Part shown: one piece after another, positions 18,289 through 21,059 of the stretch
How the letters are laid out: every line of letters begins with the position of its first letter
Position numbering within the stretch: position 1 is the first letter of the stretch
Assembly (NCBI GenBank): GCA_041687695.1
Contig: JAWLBL010000034.1
Span: forward strand, 60,480-81,538
Length of the DNA: 21,059 nt
From: Myxococcota bacterium
GTDB taxonomy: Bacteria; Myxococcota_A; UBA9042; PHBI01; JAWLBL01
Direction of reading: 5' to 3'
Program-made: the position numbers and the translations under genes
The notes under the pieces: generated by a model
The model's database searches: none
What the model was told of the DNA's origin: nothing
What the model saw: the letters and a program-made list of their open reading frames with translations, nothing else

Positions 18289-19191
18289 TCAGAACTCGCA
18301 CAGCTCGTGGTCGACCTCGCGCTCGTCCAGCACCGACCCGGCGATCAGCATCGCCTCGTCGCACCCGACCACGCCGTCCCCGTCGACGTCCGCGTCATAC
18401 GCCCCGCCCAACCCATCGACCCGCACCATGCGGAACCGGCTGTGCGGGTCGTTCGACTCGACCGGCGGCGCGATGGCGCAGAACCCCTCGGACGCCCCGA
18501 ACACGTTCAGGTCGGTGACCCCGCTCGACGCCCCGTCGATCCGGTTGGGCGCCACGAACGTCCCGGTGTACCGGATGATCTGCCGCTGCCCCTGGTACCG
18601 CTTGCACTCGCTGCCGACCTCCAGCGTCACGCCGGGCTGCCCGTCCCCGTCCTGGTCGATGACCCGCGCGTCGCTCGCCTCGACCGGCAGCGCCTCGGTC
18701 AGCGGCTGGTCCAGCGTCACCCCCCACAGCGCCACCTCGGTCGACGAGGTGTAGGTCCCGCCCAGCTTCAAGGTCGAGACCAGCCCGCGGTCCACCGCCA
18801 CGAACTCGATGGCGCCCAGCACGGCGTCGGGCACCACGACCTCCATCCCGAACATCGGCGTCAGCGCCGTCTTGCACAGCCGGCGGGTCTCGACCAGCGT
18901 CGGCCCCTCCTGCGCGATGTCGATCAGATAGGTCGCGTGGGTCAGCTGCTCCTGCCCGAACACGCAGCTGCTGCGCTCGTGATACAGCAGCCACGTCCCG
19001 CTCATGGTCCCCGCTCCCGGCCCCTCGCCCAGCGCCACGTCGGCCGTCGCCGGCAGGTCCGCGACCTTGGCGTCGGCCGGCTCCTGGTCCGGGAACGTCG
19101 TCGCCGACCGCTCGACGCTGCACGCCCCCGGCGCGCCCATCACGGCCATCACGGCCACACAGGACGCCCACTGCTTCATCACGGCAGCCAT
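18289..19191 (-). CDS. Hypothetical exported protein, probably a lipoprotein, with DxDGDG Ca-binding-like motifs
   Basis: 300 aa from ATG 19191 (GGAG 5 nt upstream; alternative ATG 19179 overlaps the upstream TGA). Hydrophobic N-terminus ending PGA-C. Motifs DQDGDGQPGVT and DADVDGDGVVGCDE. Confidence 0.75.
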   Translation of the reverse strand: MAAVMKQWASCVAVMAVMGAPGACSVERSATTFPDQEPADAKVADLPATADVALGEGPGAGTMSGTWLLYHERSSCVFGQEQLTHATYLIDIAQEGPTLVETRRLCKTALTPMFGMEVVVPDAVLGAIEFVAVDRGLVSTLKLGGTYTSSTEVALWGVTLDQPLTEALPVEASDARVIDQDGDGQPGVTLEVGSECKRYQGQRQIIRYTGTFVAPNRIDGASSGVTDLNVFGASEGFCAIAPPVESNDPHSRFRMVRVDGLGGAYDADVDGDGVVGCDEAMLIAGSVLDEREVDHELCEF

Positions 19192-20612
19192 GACAACTCC
19201 ACCACGATGGCCCCCAGCCACCCGCCCGAGGTGAACCCCGGAAACCCCGGGTTGCCGGTCTGCAGCCCCTGCGCCTCGGGGAACGGCTGGCCGGTGCGCG
19301 GGTCGACCAGATGGTCCGGCACCTCGTCGCACACCTCGGTCACCCCGTCTCCGCACACCGGATAGCTCGCCAGCACGGCCTTTTTGGTCTCGCGCCGCAG
19401 CAGCGTGTGGAACTGCAGCGACCAGTCGAGCTGCAGCGGCTGCGACAGCGCCTCGAACCGGTATGAGGCGCCGACGCTGGCGATGAGCCGATCGTTGTCG
19501 ACGTAGTTGGTGCGTCCGGTCTGGTCCGGCACCGGGCTGGGCACCCACCCCAAGCCAGCGCGCACATGGTTGCCCGAGGCCAGCTCGAGCTCGACCCCCA
19601 GCCGCGGCGACACGGTGTCCGCGAACCCCGCCGGCTGGCTCTGCGCGTCGTGGAAGTCGCTCCACCGCTCGTAGCGGGCGTCCGCCGTCACCAGCGCCCG
19701 CCCAGCCTGCCACGCGAGCCCGACCGCCAGCGTGTCGGGCGAGTAGCTGGGCGTCCAGTCCAGCTGCTGCACGATGAGGCTCTCGTCCTGCCCGCCGCCC
19801 GCGCCCAGCCGGATCCGGTTCTCGCCGTGGATGCGAAAGTAGCTCTCGCCGCGGTACTGCGCACCCAGCTTGAACGAGTCGCCCAGATCGACCAGCACCC
19901 CGGCGAGTAGCCCGATGTTGCTGGCCGTGCCGATGTCCGCGTTGATGTCCACGTCGGCCTGGTCGCCGACGTCCGGGATGTAGACGCTGTTGCTCATCGT
20001 CGTGCCGGGCACGAAGGTCGCCCCCAGCCCGACCGACAGCCACGGCGCCACCCGATAGCCGGCGCCCAGCTCCAGGACCATGCGCTGGATGCGCTCGTCG
20101 ACCAGCGTGAAGTCCAGCTGGTTCGAGAACATCCGCTCGCGCTCGTCGGCAAAGCGCGTGTCGGCGTTGACGTACCCTGCCATCGGCATCGACAGCAGCA
20201 GCCCCGCCCGGAAGTTGTCGAGGCCGAACGACGTCACCGCCCCCAGGTTCAGCGCGACGCCCTGGTCCAGATCGGTCGTGTCCCGCCGCGCGTACGGCTC
20301 GCCACCGGTCGGCGCCACCTTGGCATGGCCGCCCAGGTCGCTGACGTCGTACCCGGCCGGCCGCTCGTCCAGCAGGATGCGCGCCCGGTCGAAGCCCCCG
20401 GTGAACCCGACCGTCACCCCGGTCCGGCTGCGCGCCAGCGCCCCCAGGTTGTAGAAGATGGCCGCCGGCCCCTCGGCCACGGCGGTCTGCGCCCCGCCCA
20501 TCGCCGCCGCCCGTCCGCTCGCCCCGTACAGCTCGAACGGGCTCGCCCCCGCCGGCCCTGCGGCCAGCGCGACCAGCGCCGCACCCATCACCCAGCGTCT
20601 CAACGTCATCAT
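19179..20612 (-). CDS. FadL/OmpP1/TodX-family outer-membrane transport protein
   Basis: About 477 aa. Signal peptide ending AGA-SPF. FadL-like N-terminus ELYGASGRAAAMGGAQTAVAEGPAAIFYN. Alternating beta-strands; RAGLGWVPSPVPDQ..YVDNDR. Start uncertain (20612/20609). Confidence 0.82.
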   Translation of the reverse strand: MMTLRRWVMGAALVALAAGPAGASPFELYGASGRAAAMGGAQTAVAEGPAAIFYNLGALARSRTGVTVGFTGGFDRARILLDERPAGYDVSDLGGHAKVAPTGGEPYARRDTTDLDQGVALNLGAVTSFGLDNFRAGLLLSMPMAGYVNADTRFADERERMFSNQLDFTLVDERIQRMVLELGAGYRVAPWLSVGLGATFVPGTTMSNSVYIPDVGDQADVDINADIGTASNIGLLAGVLVDLGDSFKLGAQYRGESYFRIHGENRIRLGAGGGQDESLIVQQLDWTPSYSPDTLAVGLAWQAGRALVTADARYERWSDFHDAQSQPAGFADTVSPRLGVELELASGNHVRAGLGWVPSPVPDQTGRTNYVDNDRLIASVGASYRFEALSQPLQLDWSLQFHTLLRRETKKAVLASYPVCGDGVTEVCDEVPDHLVDPRTGQPFPEAQGLQTGNPGFPGFTSGGWLGAIVVELSWLP

Positions 20613-20751
20613 CCTTTGCGTCCGCCCACCCGACGACTCCCAGGGCCCCGCCGCGCCCGGATACTGACGGACTCCTCCGCCCGAAGCGAGCCCATTCACC
20701 GAACGAACGCTCGCCCGCCGCCCGCACCGCCCCTCCCCCCGACTCGCCCCC

Positions 20752-21059
20752 CTTACGCCGCCGAAGGCGGCTTTCGGAGTGCTCGGCCCATGGCCGAGCT
20801 TTGCGCCGGCCACGCCGGCGCGTCCAACCCTCGCCCGCGCACCTCCCCCCGCCTCCGCCGCTTACGCCGCCGAAGGCGGCTTTCGGAGTGCTCGGCCCAT
20901 GGCCGAGCTTTGCGCCGGCCAAGCCGGCGCGTACCCACCCTCGAACCCGCACCTCCCCCAGACCCCACCCCTTACGCCGCCGAAGGCGGCTTTCGGAGTG
21001 CTCGGCCCATGGCCGAGCTTTGCGCCGGCCAAGCCGGCGCGTACCCACCCTCGAACCCG
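20752..21059 (+). repeat. Tandem ~110-bp triple-hairpin repeat, at least 3 units, runs off the window
   Basis: Units start at 20752, 20861 and 20971. First 60 nt identical. Hairpins GCCGCC-GAA-GGCGGC, GGAGT+GCTCGGCC-CAT-GGCCGAGC and GCGCCGGC-CA[A/C]-GCCGGCGC, then a variable C-rich linker. Confidence 0.95.

Noticed and set aside
18289..21048. 919-aa ORF and N-terminal extension of the FadL-like ORF to 20813
   Set aside because: The extensions run through the repeat array or off-frame over fadL. Signal peptides place the true starts near 19191 and 20612.
20752..21059. CRISPR array
   Set aside because: The conserved part is 60-72 nt, the 'spacers' are homologous to each other (units 2 and 3 identical as far as visible), and there are no cas genes in the window.

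Overview
Very GC-rich bacterial DNA, probably from Myxococcota or a related Deltaproteobacterium (inferred from the Cys-rich lipoproteins, RoxA-like cytochrome and FadL variant). Twelve supportable CDS: alpha/beta hydrolase (-); PAS-PAS-GGDEF-EAL (+); SAM-methyltransferase-TPR fusion (+); DUF2383 ferritin-like protein (+); two large convergent Cys-rich surface lipoproteins (MopE-motif repeats, +; vWA plus Cys repeats, -); CDP-alcohol phosphatidyltransferase and DUF2267 (-); RoxA-like diheme cytochrome c lipoprotein plus LLM monooxygenase (+); and a FadL-like outer-membrane transporter plus coupled lipoprotein (-). The most unusual signal is non-coding. A family of REP-like elements built as GGA[G/C]Y tag + 8-bp hairpin + second hairpin occurs at four separate intergenic loci, with different stem sequences but the same geometry. 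At the left end, a 173-bp MITE-like element (13-bp terminal inverted repeats, 5-bp TTCCA target duplication) is built from two such arms and sits exactly in the loop of a second REP-like hairpin, apparently in two consecutive units of a ~57-bp array. There is also a ~260-bp GGCYGTG microsatellite upstream of the MopE-repeat gene. No transposase, RNA gene or CRISPR array was recognised. All family assignments are from motif recognition, not database searches.
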